A DNA stretch of 61,231 bases, the filler included, from Dugesia japonica (Eukaryota): NCBI GenBank assembly GCA_001938525.1. It is 5 parts of 5 records of this genome, joined end to end, with 100 filler letters (N's around TTAATTAATTAA, not from the genome) between each part and the next. Parts side by side here need not be neighbours in the genome. Positions count along the whole stretch, not along the records: positions 1 to 23,484 come from MQRL01645522.1; positions 23,585 to 32,657 come from MQRL01594204.1; 3 more parts are not named here. One strand, 5' to 3'. Below, piece after piece: positions 13,788 to 26,500 of this stretch. Every line of letters begins with the position of its first letter. The stretch's first letter is position 1. The notes under the pieces are model-generated. The model worked only from the letters and a program-made list of their open reading frames with translations, was not told where the DNA came from and searched no databases. A program made the position numbers and the translations under genes.

Positions 13788-14135
13788 ATGTCAATGAGAA
13801 TCANNNNNNNNNNNNNNNAAGAGTTGTTGATCGATCAGCGCGTGGCCAGACTAGAACTAAAAAGGCTACGTAAGGAAAACAAAGAACTACGAGAAACGGC
13901 CAGCCTCACCAAACGAAGAATATCTACTTTGCGAGAACGGTTGAGTGTGAGTCGCCGGAGAGAACTCACACTCATCGCGAACAACCGAATGTTTGTCGAG
14001 ATAATAAAATCCTATGCAGATCGAGAAACATCCGTCCTCGCCAACGTAAAGACATTATGAAAGGAATATGAGGTGAAAAACAAAAGTGACGATGAATGTG
14101 TGATTACCGAGGAAACAGTCTTCGGGTCACCATAA
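13788..14135 (+). pseudogene. Coiled-coil orphan ORF homologous to 56019-56377 (one internal stop)
   Basis: SRRRELTLIANNRMFVEIIKSYADRETSVLANVKTL vs SHSQECIWKRQVESFSEMIRSSHDRENKLVSDILLL, ungapped, 10/36 identical (F.E.I.S..DRE). ATG preceded by TTATAG-A. Confidence 0.65.
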
Positions 14136-14213
14136 ATTATGTCAAAATAAATGTGTAATTATTATCGAAGTCTCTTCATTGTTTAAAGAATAAATTGATT
14201 CANNNNNNNNNNA

Positions 14214-14463
14214 GCCATAACAACTAAGACTTTCTAAAAGACGGGATACCGCATAGTCCCGCATGGACTCGGGGTGGATGGAGCAATGCATTGAGTGTTG
14301 CCAAATTTTTGCCGGCTCCGGGGTATCTGCCCCGAGAAGATAATTCGATAAAAGGAATGTCAAGAAAGAAGTACCAAGAGTTACAATAAAGGAAATAAAA
14401 CATCAAAACCTCGGAGCTCAACAGAAATTTTGGGAGCTCATCCAGGATTTCATAATAAACTGA
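14214..14463 (+). pseudogene. Degenerate third small ORF of family A copy 2
   Basis: GC-rich island translating as ..RMDSGWMEQCIECCQIFAGSG.. with several stops. Confidence 0.3.
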
Positions 14464-15996
14464 TCCTAGAAAAGAAAAATTGTTAAAGCATAGCCAAGAT
14501 TGAATATTTAATTTTTAAAAAAATGGTTTGTGACCAACACCACAGATTATATCGTAATGATGATTTCAATTTGATAACATCTTTAAATTGCGAGTGTCCT
14601 GCACGGGTTGGTTCATCGGAGACGGAAGCATGTGGTATGTTTTGATCGAGATGATGACCTTAATAATAAAATATTCTGTTATTAAGTATAATTATAAAAA
14701 ATATTCGAATAAAAATAACTGAAATTTTATACGTTAATTTTAGCTTTTAACAAATATTTGTAGAAAAAATCCACAAATGAATAAAAGGACTAAATAAAAA
14801 GAAAATTACAAGAAACAGTTTTTCTATTTTCTTAAGAAATTTTAGAAAACTTTTTTTGCAATACGAATTTAAAGAGTTAATGCATATTGTAATATAATGC
14901 ATGTTTTTTGTAATAATACTAATAGGAGTTGAACAAAGAAACAATCGGACACTTTTTGTAGATGAAATATGAAAAACTACATGAACACAAAAATGTATTT
15001 ATCAATTTTGTGCAAATCAAAGAGGATATGACGACAATAAACGAAGAAGAGAAGATGAGGATCAGTTCAAGGATATAAATGTACAAATAAAAGTAGAAAT
15101 TGATTTTTATTTTCTATTGATTGATTTTTCTATTTTCTTTTTTTTCTTATTTGTTCTGCTTGTTTTTCTTAATGTGCTTAGAGAAGATTCAACTACCATG
15201 GACGACAGAAACGAATTTCAATAAAATTACTAACATGATAAAAATTAAATATGAAGTCCAGAACTTATTAGGAGCTCAGGATAAAATGAATTTTTTTGAG
15301 AAATGAGTGGATGATGTCGGAAAATAGTGAGAATTTGTGCATTCCTAATAATAATTATTTTGATATTTTAAATGATTTTATTTATATATTGATATTTTAA
15401 TGAATATTATTTAAATCGATGTTTGCACTGTAAGTAAAATTTAACTAAGTGAATTTCCGTAATAATTGAACATTAATATTTTGGAGTAAACCATTGAACA
15501 GTAATAATTTTTGTTATAAATTTGAAGTAAATTTTAGCAATAAATTAATTAAAATTTTGAGATATTGCAACCACAAATAATTGTTTTGTTTTTGATTATT
15601 AATTTAATGATTACGAATATAATGAGCTGAGCTAACATAAATAGTTNGGGGGTATTATTTAACTAGCATGACAATTAACAGAGGTTTGATGGGTGCACAC
15701 TGTTGAGTTAGTGATATTTTAAAATGATTTTACCTATTTGATGGTTCGCTTTTTACTTTAAATTTTCTTAAATAAATTCGAGCAAAAATTGAAGAAAAAT
15801 AATGTTAAAGATAATGATAATAAATGAGATTTGAAAATTGTGATAAAATTATTTAGATAAAAATTAATTAATTATTAAGTCCTGAAATGATTATATTGGT
15901 AAAGAACAGACAAATTGTTTAAATAATTAACCTCAGTGTCGATAATATTTCTGACATTTCAGGAAACCCACTAAATAATATACGAAATTAATTTAC

Positions 15997-16069
15997 TCAG
16001 TCTTCTTTTAAATTGAGATTCTACATAAACGCAAAACAAAGCAAATAAAATAATCAAAAATAATTTCAT
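15997..16069 (-). CDS. Possible first exon of a small secreted protein (signal peptide MKLFLIILFALFCVYVES)
   Basis: Classical n-h-c signal-peptide pattern followed by a GTAAAT donor-like site; downstream exons not resolved. Confidence 0.35.
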
Positions 16070-16347
16070 AGTTATTGAATAATTACAGTAGATAATTGTG
16101 ATCCTAATTTGGGATGAACAAACATGGATTTCACAATCGATAAACAATTTCATTATTGTTATTAATTGATAAAAACAACATTTGAAATTTATCATCAAAG
16201 ATTGGCGGCCATCTATGGGTTATCGAGTGACCCTCTGATAATTTTAAATGACCCACTTGAGTTCCGAAAATAAAGTACATAATTAAACAAGAAACGAACT
16301 CTTTGAGAATACATGAAAAACATAATTATCAAATAAGTAGTGGGAAA

Positions 16348-16805
16348 GGAGGACACAAGGACAGAAGACAAAAAGGGGTGGAGGGAGGGGGTAACCGAAA
16401 CCATTNNNNNNNNNNNNNNNNNNNNNNNNNNNNNNNNNNNNNNNNNNNNNNNNNNNNNNNNNNNNNNNNNNNNNNNNNNNNNNNNNNNNNNNNNNNNNNN
16501 NNNNNNNNNNNNNNNNNNNNNNNNNNNNNNNNNNNNNNNNNNNNNNNNNNNNNNNNNNNNNNNNNNNNNATAATGTGTACCCAAGGTGTGCGTATCTATA
16601 TGACATGTTGTCATGGCAACCAAAAATTTTTTAATAATTTTTTTAGAATTTTTTCTGAAAAAACAAAAAACGTTTTTCGATATTTGAAAATTTTAAAATG
16701 TTAAATTGAGAAAAATATGGAGAGTTTATTGATATTTTTTTAAAATTTTTCTTTAGAAAATTGGTGACGATATAAGGTTCCAAAGTTCCTGTCCTCGTGT
16801 CCTCC
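16348..16805. mobile_element. Possible MITE with 17-bp inverted repeats
   Basis: GGAGGACACAAGGACAG (16348-16364) vs reverse complement of CTGTCCTCGTGTCCTCC (16789-16805), 16/17 match. Confidence 0.45.
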
Positions 16806-16919
16806 CATAATTTTGAGCAACTTACACTATAGTTTTTTGAAAAATTATTTTTGTAATGGGATGTGGATATTTTTCTGAGTAGAAATGTAAATAAAAATTT
16901 ATGAAATGTGAAAAACTTA

Positions 16920-19900
16920 TTAAAACTTGCATCTGTAATGAGATTTTTTATAAAAAAATTGCAACGCTAATGAGACTTTCTATTTAAAATTGTAACACTA
17001 ATGATATTTTTTAGAGAAAATTGTCACTAGTAATATGGTTTTTATAGAAAACTGTCACTAGTTATATGGTTTTTTATAGAAAATTACNNNNNNNNNNNNN
17101 NNNNNNNNNNNNNNNNNNNNNNNNNNNNNNNNNNNNNNNNNNNNNNNNNNNNNNNNNNNNNNNNNNNNNNNNNNNNNNNNNNNNNNNNNNNNNNNNNNNN
17201 NNNNNNNNNNNNNNNNNNNNNNNNNNNNNNNNNNNNNNNNNNNNNNNNNNNNNNNNNNNNNNNNNNNNNNNGATAATAGAAGTATCTTAAAGACTACCCA
17301 ATATCTTGCAATAATATCAAAAAAAGTATAAAGACTGTTCAATATCATACATAAATAACAAAACTGCGAATTATGCCAATTTTTTAATAATAAATGCAAT
17401 AGGGATGAAATATGTATGCAGTACAGCAACACTTGCCTGGGAATTTTAATAAATGCAATAAGCATGCAAAAGGGTTGCAATAAGGATGCAACACAGTTGC
17501 AACACATATTCACTGAAAATCATGCACTTGGGAATTTTTAAAATTTGCTGTCAAAAATAAGTTTTTTTAATTTCCCGCCAAAAAATTTTTTTTTAATTTC
17601 CCGTCAAAATTGAAATTTTTTAAATTTTCCGCCAAAAAATTTTGTTTTGAATTGCGATATATATGCAATATGAATGTAATACAGCAACACGTGCCTGGGA
17701 AATTCAATAAATGCAATAGGTATGCAACTCAGATGCAACACAATTGAAACACACCAAAATGTGCCTGGTAATTTTTTAAACTACTCAAACCACTAAAATA
17801 ATGCAATAATCTAAAGAAAACTTCTCCCACATAGCGTAACTATGTAAATAATACAAACTAGGCATGGTAAATAAGTAAATACTCGGTAACTATGTAATTA
17901 ATAAAATAGTTTTTAAAAATTTATATTTTATTCATTTCATATTGACATAATTATAGTAATTACAATTATGATAATATGAATTAGCATTCTTAATTTTAAA
18001 TGCAATTAAGATTTTAAAATTAAAAAATCAATATATTATTGATTTTTTATTTTATATTTACTTAATTGCATTTAAAATGGAGAATTAAAAATGGAGAATT
18101 TTAAAATGGTGAGTTTATTTCTTTTATATATTAATTTAATGTAAATTTAGGTAAATCAAATGAAAAGTTTCGTTATTATATGGTCAATTATGTTTAAAAG
18201 TTCCATAGTAACATAGTCTATGATATTTAAAGGTTTCATAGTAATATGGTATATGAGTTGGTAGATAGTGGCACACGGGCACAATTTATTTTGGGCAAAA
18301 TTTTAAAAATTAATACCCCTAGGGGGGTTGGGCTCGGAAACACATTACGTTTCAGCTGCGTTTTTTAGACATCATTTTTGTGCTCGTGTTTTTAAAGATT
18401 TTTGATCGGATCAAATTTTTTTGATCCTAAAGTGCGTGTGTGTATTTTTAAATTCTAAATTTTGTGTGTTTATGGGTTGCTAAGGTGGTTTTTAAAAAGT
18501 AGGTCAAGTTGATTTTGTGTGTCAGATTGAAAAAAACGAGTAGGAGGAGCTGGGGATCTTGGATATAATTTTTTTGTAGTTTTAAAGATTTGGTTGTGGT
18601 TGGACAAAAATTTGGTTTATATATTGTCTAAAGGACTTATGAGTTTGGATGGATGGTTCCTTCTACAAGGGTACAGGCGTATGAGTTATCGTGGGTAGTT
18701 TTTATGGAGGCTGTAGGTTTGTATGTTTTTGATGGAATTTGTTGGTTGATGGTTTGTTGGAGATGTAATGTGGTGGGGAAGATGTTGGTTGTCGAATGTG
18801 CTTTGATTTCTTATTTTAAGGGCTACTATTTGATTGGTTTATTTTGTAAGAAGTATAAGTGTGTTAACAAAATTTTTCGTGAGGTGGAGGTTGGTATGTG
18901 TGGAAAGAGAATTAATTATCGGATTTTATAAGATTTATTTGAAAATTTTCTGTTTGGTGGTTATAACGTCATAATTTTGTGAAATCTTTATTTTGGTTAC
19001 AAATGCTGTATTTTGCTTAAATTGATGAATTTAATGAAAGTAATGTTATTTTAATGTATTTGATGTATTTTTGGTTATTGTTTCGGTATTTTAAACAGGG
19101 AAAAGTTGTTTTTTAATATTTTCGAACGGAGAAGAGGGGAGTCTTGATATTTTTAAAACTTTTTTGGCGGGAAATTCAAAAAAAAATATTTTTAGCGGGA
19201 AATTCAAAACAAATATATTTTAAGCGGGAAATTCAAAAAAATATTTTTTGGCCAGAAATTCCAAAAAAGATTTTGGTTGGAAATTTTCCATTTCAATGTG
19301 GGAAATCTTTTTATAATAATTTCATTAAATTAAATTTAATTTAATTAAATTAATTTATTTATGTAAGAGATGTGGTAGTCTTGATATTTTGCATGCCGAG
19401 TCATTAGATTTTGCATAAGATGAGCAGTTTTGATATTTTTTAAGATATCATTAGAAGATATCGAGCAGTCTTGATATTTTTTAAGATATTATTACAAGAT
19501 TAAAGCATTATTGATTATTTCTTTATATTTTACTTTAGATGGGTCAGTCTTGATATATTTGTAATAGATTGAGACATTATTGATTTTTTAAAAAATATTT
19601 TTGCTTTGGATGGGAATCAAAATGGTGGCAATATTGAGTTTTAAAAATTCTTAGACTTGTGATTTTCAGTGTATGTGTGTTGCAGCTGTAATGCTTCTGA
19701 GTTGCATTTATGAATATATATGTATCAAAAAACTTCAAAGAGATGTCTTTGTGATATTTAAATGAGTAAATATTCAAATTAAAACCTTTCTTTACAAAAT
19801 GATAAAAAAACAACATTTTTCAAAAACATATTACTAGTGACAATTTTCTCAAAAAAATCTCATAACCGATGCAATTTGTAATAAAAAAATCTCATTAGCC

Positions 19901-19960
19901 ATTCAATTTTCTATAAAAACATATATGCAGTGACAATTTTCTATACAAAATGATAAAAAC
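16920..19960. mobile_element. Foldback-like element with modular long inverted arms (A-B-C...C'-B'-A')
   Basis: A: AAAATTGTCACTAGTAATATG repeats 16920-17087 / 19820-19950. B: AAGACTG.TCAATATC 17290-17360 / 19375-19570. C: TTTCCCGCCAAAA 17570-17650 / 19160-19290. All mirrored around ~18300. Confidence 0.7.
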
Positions 19961-20049
19961 ATAGAAATTCTCCACACACACACACACACATATATATATA
20001 TAGCTAATAAGCCTATATAAAAAAGACTTATAAGTAAATATTTTGATAT

Positions 20050-21615
20050 CTAAATAAGGTTTATGAGTGTATAACGTTTAAGAGTGAAGAGGGTTAAAGA
20101 AGAAATAGGGTTTATGAGTGTATGTTTTGCATTGGTAAATTGTATTATAGGATTTATTTATATAATTCAGATGACAAATCATAGTTACTATGTTTTATTG
20201 ACATAGCAGCCATGTAATATAGGGTTTATGAGTGTATTTTTACACAATAACCTTGTATTATATGGTGTATGAGTGTTTTGTTTNNNNNNNNNNNNNNNNN
20301 NNNNNNNNNNNNNNNNNNNNNNNNNNNNNNNNNNNNNNNNNNAGACTTATGAGTGTATTAATACACAGTAATCCTGTAATATAATGTTTACGAGTATATT
20401 ATTTGTTTAGATATCATGTAATATTTACATAAAAACCTTTTAATATATGGTTTTTTTGTGTGTTATTTGCATATTAACCGTGTATTATACGATTTATAAG
20501 TGTATTATTTGCATAGTTACCTTGTATTTTTGACATAGCAACTATGTATTATAAGGATTTTGTGTGTAATAATACATAGTAACCCTGTATTATAAGGTTT
20601 ATGAGTATATTATTTGATATTTATCTTGTAATATTTACATAGCAACCATGAAATATAAGGTTTATGCAATATAAGGCTTATGGGGGAATTATTTTACATA
20701 ACAAACGTGTAATATAAGGCTTATGAAGGTAATTTTTACATAGTAAAAATGTTTTATAGAGTTTATGGGTATATTATTTACACATTAGCCGTGTAATATA
20801 TGGTTTATAAGTGTATTATTTGCTTAGATATCATGTAATATTTACATAACAACCGTTTAATATATGATTTTTGTGTGTATTATTTACATAGCAACCATGT
20901 ATTTTTAAGATTTTGTGTGTATTAATACATATTAACTGTATTATAAGGTTTATGAGTATATTATTTACATATTTTTCGTGTAATATAAGGCTTACGGAGG
21001 TATTATTTACATGAAAACTGAATAATATAAGACTTATGAGGGAAATATTTACATAACATACTTGTATAATAAGGATTATAACATTTACGAGTGTATTATT
21101 TGCTTATGTAACATGTAATATTTATGAAACAACCATTTAATGGTTTTTGTATGTATTATTTACATAGCAACCATGTATTATAAGGATTTTGTGTGTATTA
21201 ATAGATAGTAACTATGTATTATAAGGTTTATGAATATATTATTTGATAGTTACCTTGCATTATCTACATAGCAACCATCTATTATAAAGATTCTGAGTGT
21301 ATTATTACATAGCAACCATGTATTATAAGGATTATGAGTGTATTATTTTTAAAGCAACCATGAAATATAAGGTATTTGAAATATAAGACATATGAGGGAA
21401 TTATTTACATAGCAAACGTCTATTATAAGGTTTATGAAGGTATTTGTACATAGTCATCATCTAATATATGATTTATGAGTGTAATACTTGTATATTTACA
21501 TTGTTTTATATACTTAGTAGCTATGTATTGTGTTTTATGAGTGTATTATTTACTAAACAACTATGTATTTCTTTCTAAAAACTGTGTAATATAAGACTTA
21601 TGAGGGTATTTTTTA
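20050..21615. repeat. ~42-bp minisatellite (TATAAGGTTTATGAGTGTATTATTTACATAGCAACCATGTAT)
   Basis: Many degenerate tandem copies. Confidence 0.9.
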
Positions 21616-21722
21616 CGTAAGATAATTTGATTATCATTTCTTTATCTCTATTTTTGTTAATTTATTCATAATTTAGTACATTGTTTTAACGAATCAATTA
21701 AATTAAATTCATAAAAACCCCA

Positions 21723-22176
21723 ATGTTCTTCTTTAATTCATTAATTATGATAACCAATATTAATTACAGAGGTGAAATGACGCAAGAAAATAAGCTTTCC
21801 TACAGGCAAACCATGTCAATTTAAAGTCAAAAGTGAAAAATTTATAATTATGTACTTTAGATCAGGAAAATGTAGAATAATGTGTTGTAAGAAACCATTG
21901 GAACCTCATGATTTGAATCCTATAATACAAAAAATTTAAAATTACAATAGCTATTTATTGTCGTAAATATAGGAGTTTTAATAAACCTGTATAAATTAGC
22001 AAGAATAGTCAACTGTTGGTTCGAACCAGAGTTATTTCCTGCTCTAAGACTTGTAAAATATGACTTTATGAGTAAATGTGTTCTCAACAGGAAAGCTAGT
22101 AATATTAGGGCTTTAAAATTTGTATTTTCAAGAATATCTGAATAACATTACTTCAGATTTAACAAATTTTATTTAA
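21723..22176 (+). pseudogene. Compact intronless TATA-binding-protein-like gene, disrupted
   Basis: Manual translation across frameshifts: MITNINYRG..KPCQFKVKSEKFIIMYFRSGKCRIMCCK..VNIGVLINLYKLARIVNCWFEPELFPALRL..VNVFSTGKLVILGL*NLYFQEYLNNITSDLTNF. Matches the TBP signatures IFSSGKMVCTGAK, YEPELFPGL and IFVSGKVVLTG. Confidence 0.85.
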
Positions 22177-22276
22177 AAAATTTAGAAAATTCGCAACACG
22201 GATGCAAAACTTTTACAATTCAAGTACAAAAAATATTAATTTAAATTTAGATATTTAAATTTCAAATAATTAATAT

Positions 22277-23484
22277 TGTTGGGGTTTTACCCTAGGTGGG
22301 TTGATTTCTTATATGATTAAATCTAGCGGAGTCGAACTTTATATAAAATTAAGTCTAGGATAATCAACATGGTAAAACCCCGCGATGAATTTGAATCTGG
22401 TGTCCCCCAAAATATCCAGATCTTCGGAATGAAGCCGTTGACTCTTAACTCGAGTACAGACTCGCACTCCTTTGGTTCGGGTTAGTTTTACATGTTACTC
22501 GCTTGATTTACTAATCACAATTAGCCTTTACAATTATCCACTTATAATTTTCCGTTTAGTGGGGTGATCCTTAATTCGGTCATTCTATATTTGTTTATAA
22601 TCTTAATAGCCATATTATCAATTTGGAAAAACAAAAGAACTTTTAACTGAAAAATATTTTATATTATTTAAATTTCACTTGGAGTACAATAACCTAACTA
22701 ATAACATAATTAACAAAACTAACGTAACCTTGATCCCGATCTGGAACAAAAACAAGACCATAACATCCATCCCATTCGTCCAATAGTGACTTCCGAGGTC
22801 CTAAATAATAATAAGTCATAGCAATCCAGTCGGAAACCGTTGTTTGCAATCAACAACGAGAAATTACTGTAGAATCAATTCTTCGCTTCAATAATAATGT
22901 TGATTGTACTCCTGAAATTTAGGTGCTTCCGAATCTATTGTTACTCTTCTTGTAATTAGAAATTGGTGCGATCAGATTTTTTTATACTTTCCTTTAATGA
23001 AAATTTCATCGGTATTTATACCAGATTCGTCGACGCCTTCCTTCGTTTCATTGGTAGATATAAATTCTCGGTGTTTTCATTGGCTAGATGGTCACATGTG
23101 TGTTTTTCATTGGTAGTTATTTTGGGATTCCAAAATTATTGGTCCATTATCAAACCTTTGTAACTTCTTTCTTATCCTTGCCATGATTTTCTATCTTTGA
23201 TTTTTGAAATCCCCGATTTTTTCTTGACCCGAATTTTCTAAATTGATAATTTTGGCGTCACTATAAGTCCTAATTTTCTTAGTTTTTTGGTAGAAAATTT
23301 AATTTTCTTTTTAAAATAAATGATTTTAACTCTTATGATTTATTTTATTTAAATAAATAAATAATTTATTTTATTTTCTTTGTGTATCTTAATTAAGTGT
23401 TCATTTCTTAGTTTTGTCTGATTTAATTTTAATTTAATTTCATTGTTTTCTTCTATTAATTAATTCATTTAATTAATTTTTTCT
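22277..23484 (-). mobile_element. Family A short LTR (inverted, truncated at scaffold end)
   Basis: Terminus TGTTGGGGTTTTAC at 22277. 22400-22485 is closely similar to the reverse complement of 41001-41085. Multiple CCAAT boxes 23060-23145 and TATAAATA near 23015 on the minus strand. Confidence 0.75.
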
Positions 23485-23528
23485 NNNNNNNNNNNNNNNN
23501 NNNNNNNNNNNNNNNNNNNNNNNNNNNN

Positions 23529-23540
23529 TTAATTAATTAA
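23529..23540. other. Assembly spacer TTAATTAATTAA between 44-N blocks (also 32702-32713, 42470-42481, 51452-51463)
   Basis: Identical N44+12+N44 = 100-bp motif four times; gives stops in all six frames. Confidence 0.97.
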
Positions 23541-26500
23541 NNNNNNNNNNNNNNNNNNNNNNNNNNNNNNNNNNNNNNNNNNNNTTATACCGCCAAAAGT
23601 ATTTATTTGAAGCAATTCCCTAATTTGGGCGGTATAAGAAGGGTTGACTGTAATATCGAGAATTTAATTGAAAAGGTTACAATTGATAGTGATGTGTCAA
23701 CAGAATCAGAAATAAATATCTATTTAACGGTTATTATTTTATACTTTTAATTAATATATAATTTTAAAAAATCATATATATATAATTTAAATAATTAAGT
23801 ATATAATTAGTATATTTTATATGAAACATGTAACAATTTATTTTCATTTCTTATGAATTTTCCTTCATTAAATCACCCTCATTACACCGTAATTTGAAAC
23901 TTACTGTTTGTAACATTCTATTAATTTTTTTTTATTTAAAAACATTATTCAAAATAATTTGCATTTAAATGNGAAAATGTTGAAAAATAAATTCTCAAAA
24001 ATAATGATTTTTAAATTTTTTTTTCACTATTTAAAGAAATAAAAAAAATTTAATTAAACAATTGTAAATATTTGGTTGGTGCTTTTAAAATGATGGAAAG
24101 TTTTACTAGGCTCACGTTTATAAAACTGAGTTTATTATCAAAATATAAATGCATCAGTGTTTCTTTTTAGTATTGGCAAAGGATAATTTATACTTTTAAT
24201 ATCAAATGCATTACAATTTGTTATGAGTTCAAATTTAGGTTTCCAGTCCCGGAATTACTGATACTGGAATCTTGGTATTACCGGATAAGTATTGTTTAAG
24301 AAAATACCAGTATTTCTAACAAGCAATACCGGTATTTACTTTATTAAAAATTTAGCTAAAAAATACATATAGTTAAAACTGCATATAAAATTTATAAGTA
24401 ATTTTAAACATGTATTTTCAAGTTAAATTTTTATTACCGAAAATATGGGTATTTCTGCTCCTGGTATAGGTTTAATCCAGAAATACCGGTATTAGTTAAA
24501 TTCAAAGTCTCACAAGTCTACATAAATTATTAATTAATTATTACAAATCTTTTATTAAAATGAAAAATGCTAAAGCACAATTCACAATATTGAAACAAAT
24601 AATCTGAGAAATCTTAATAAAATATTTTTCAAAAATATTGATTTTTTAAATTCCAAAATACTTTTATTTAACCTGTATTTTTAATTATTTTTTAACCTAA
24701 TTTTACAAAATAATTTTTAAAATTTTATAATTTTACACAATATAAAATATCGGCTTTAATTTTAAAATAACTTTATTTTACATATATTTATTTATTTTTA
24801 AACCTAATTTTACAAAATATTTTTTATAATTTTAAAATTTAACATAATATAATANATAGACTTTATTCAATTAATTTGTATTTTAAAAACACCGGTTTTA
24901 TATTTTAAGTTTCAAAAAACTAATTTTAATATTAATTAAAAAAATTAAAAAATCTAAGATATTTGAAATCCATAGATCGCTACTCACAACCAGTATTGAA
25001 AACCATAGTTAAAACTTAGACACGATGCAGCTTACAAAACTCATATTATTAGAAGTGTACACGAAAAGACTTTCGTAACTGAACGAACAATTCTTCAAAA
25101 ATGAAATTTAAATAAATTTCAAAATTTTCAAATTTGATTCTTTTATCAAACACTAATTATATCAGTAATTATTATTGCATANTTATATAGAAATCAGAAC
25201 GTGATGAAATATCATTTTATTTACTATTATTTTTTTCAGCAACATCGAAACATTCGTTTTCTTTGGATGTGTAAAATATAATTCAATTTAAATCACTTTT
25301 ACTGATATTTTAATTATAATTTAAATCTGTTAAACAATGATATCAGATTTTGATTGATAATGATAAGAGTAACAATATTGGAAAATTTAATTACATCAGC
25401 AACACCCATTACTTTCGGAAGTGGTTTATTTTATTGACTAACTGAATTTACTATAAATTGATTTAAAAACAGCGTTACTCGTGAAAAAAATTAATTGTAA
25501 AGTGTAAGATGAGTAAGTTATGATGAGATCTTATCTTTTGACAGGCATATTAATCACGATCAAGTTAATAATAATCAAGATATACAGTTCTGGCGTGACG
25601 ATCTTTTTCACTGACTTGTATGCTCTGACTACGCGCTTCATTATTTTTCGATGTTTTGTTGCTTGTTATCAACTTATCATAATCAAAGGTTTTCACTATG
25701 TATTATAATAGCAGTTAGTTTTAACATTAATACAGTATTCATTGTTTATAATTGCAAAATTAATTTCAAAGAGTTTCTTTGTTTAAAATTTAAATATTTA
25801 ATTTTATGATTTATGTAAATAATGTAATAATTAGATTGATGATATGGCGCTCTCTCCACAATAACGCCCGTATAAAACGCAGGCTTTGAAATCCCGCCTA
25901 CCCNNNNNNNNNNNNNNNNNNNNNNNNNNNNNNNNNNNNNNNNNNNNNNNNNNTATATATATAAACTGATTCCAGTTCGACTGCAGTGGTTCTTGCAAAG
26001 GTTAAATTTAAAGCTGAGCCGCAAGCCAAATCTATTGCATCAGTACTCCAGGAATTATATTTCTTGTATAAGTTATGCTTTCATAATTGATAAAAAATTA
26101 TGTATTTTGAATAATTTACAACAAAGAAATTCATAAATTTTATTTTTCTTTCAAATAGTTTTTTGAATAATGCACAGATAAATAAATCCGTGTTTTGTTT
26201 AAAAATTCAGTGAACAATTAAAAATTTTGAATTTTCTATAATAAAAATAAATCTAAATGTATAATTTAGAGAAAAAGTACAATTTTCAGTGCACCTATGT
26301 GTTGACAAATGAACCGGTGCTAGTTTAGAAAATCAATCCACCTGGCCCAGCCATATTTATATTTTAATTTAACGTTTACTGATTAAATAACAATAGTAAT
26401 TTCATTCAAATGAATGTATGAAACATATAATCCAAAGTAAATAGTAATGTATGTTTAATTATTCTTAACTTCAAAGCAATTATTTAAACTTAACGTTTGT

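Larger units (their letters stand above)
11612..14463 (+). mobile_element. Family A LTR-like element, long form (copy 2; 3' end not identified)
   Basis: Starts TGTTGGGCTGAAACAACC at 11612, then an A-rich U3-like tract and TATAAAAG near 11903. Post-TATA CTTAAAAATTTCCATTAAACGCCATTAACT resembles copy 3. GACACTCGTCGTT motif near 12350. Small ORFs follow. Confidence 0.65.

Noticed and set aside
18653-18931. 92-aa ORF in the foldback core
   Set aside because: Arises from G/T strand bias; no transposase or other motif.
20050-21615. Regular arrays as possible CRISPR
   Set aside because: Degenerate tandem units without unique spacers, eukaryotic context, no cas genes; the same applies to 7700-9980.
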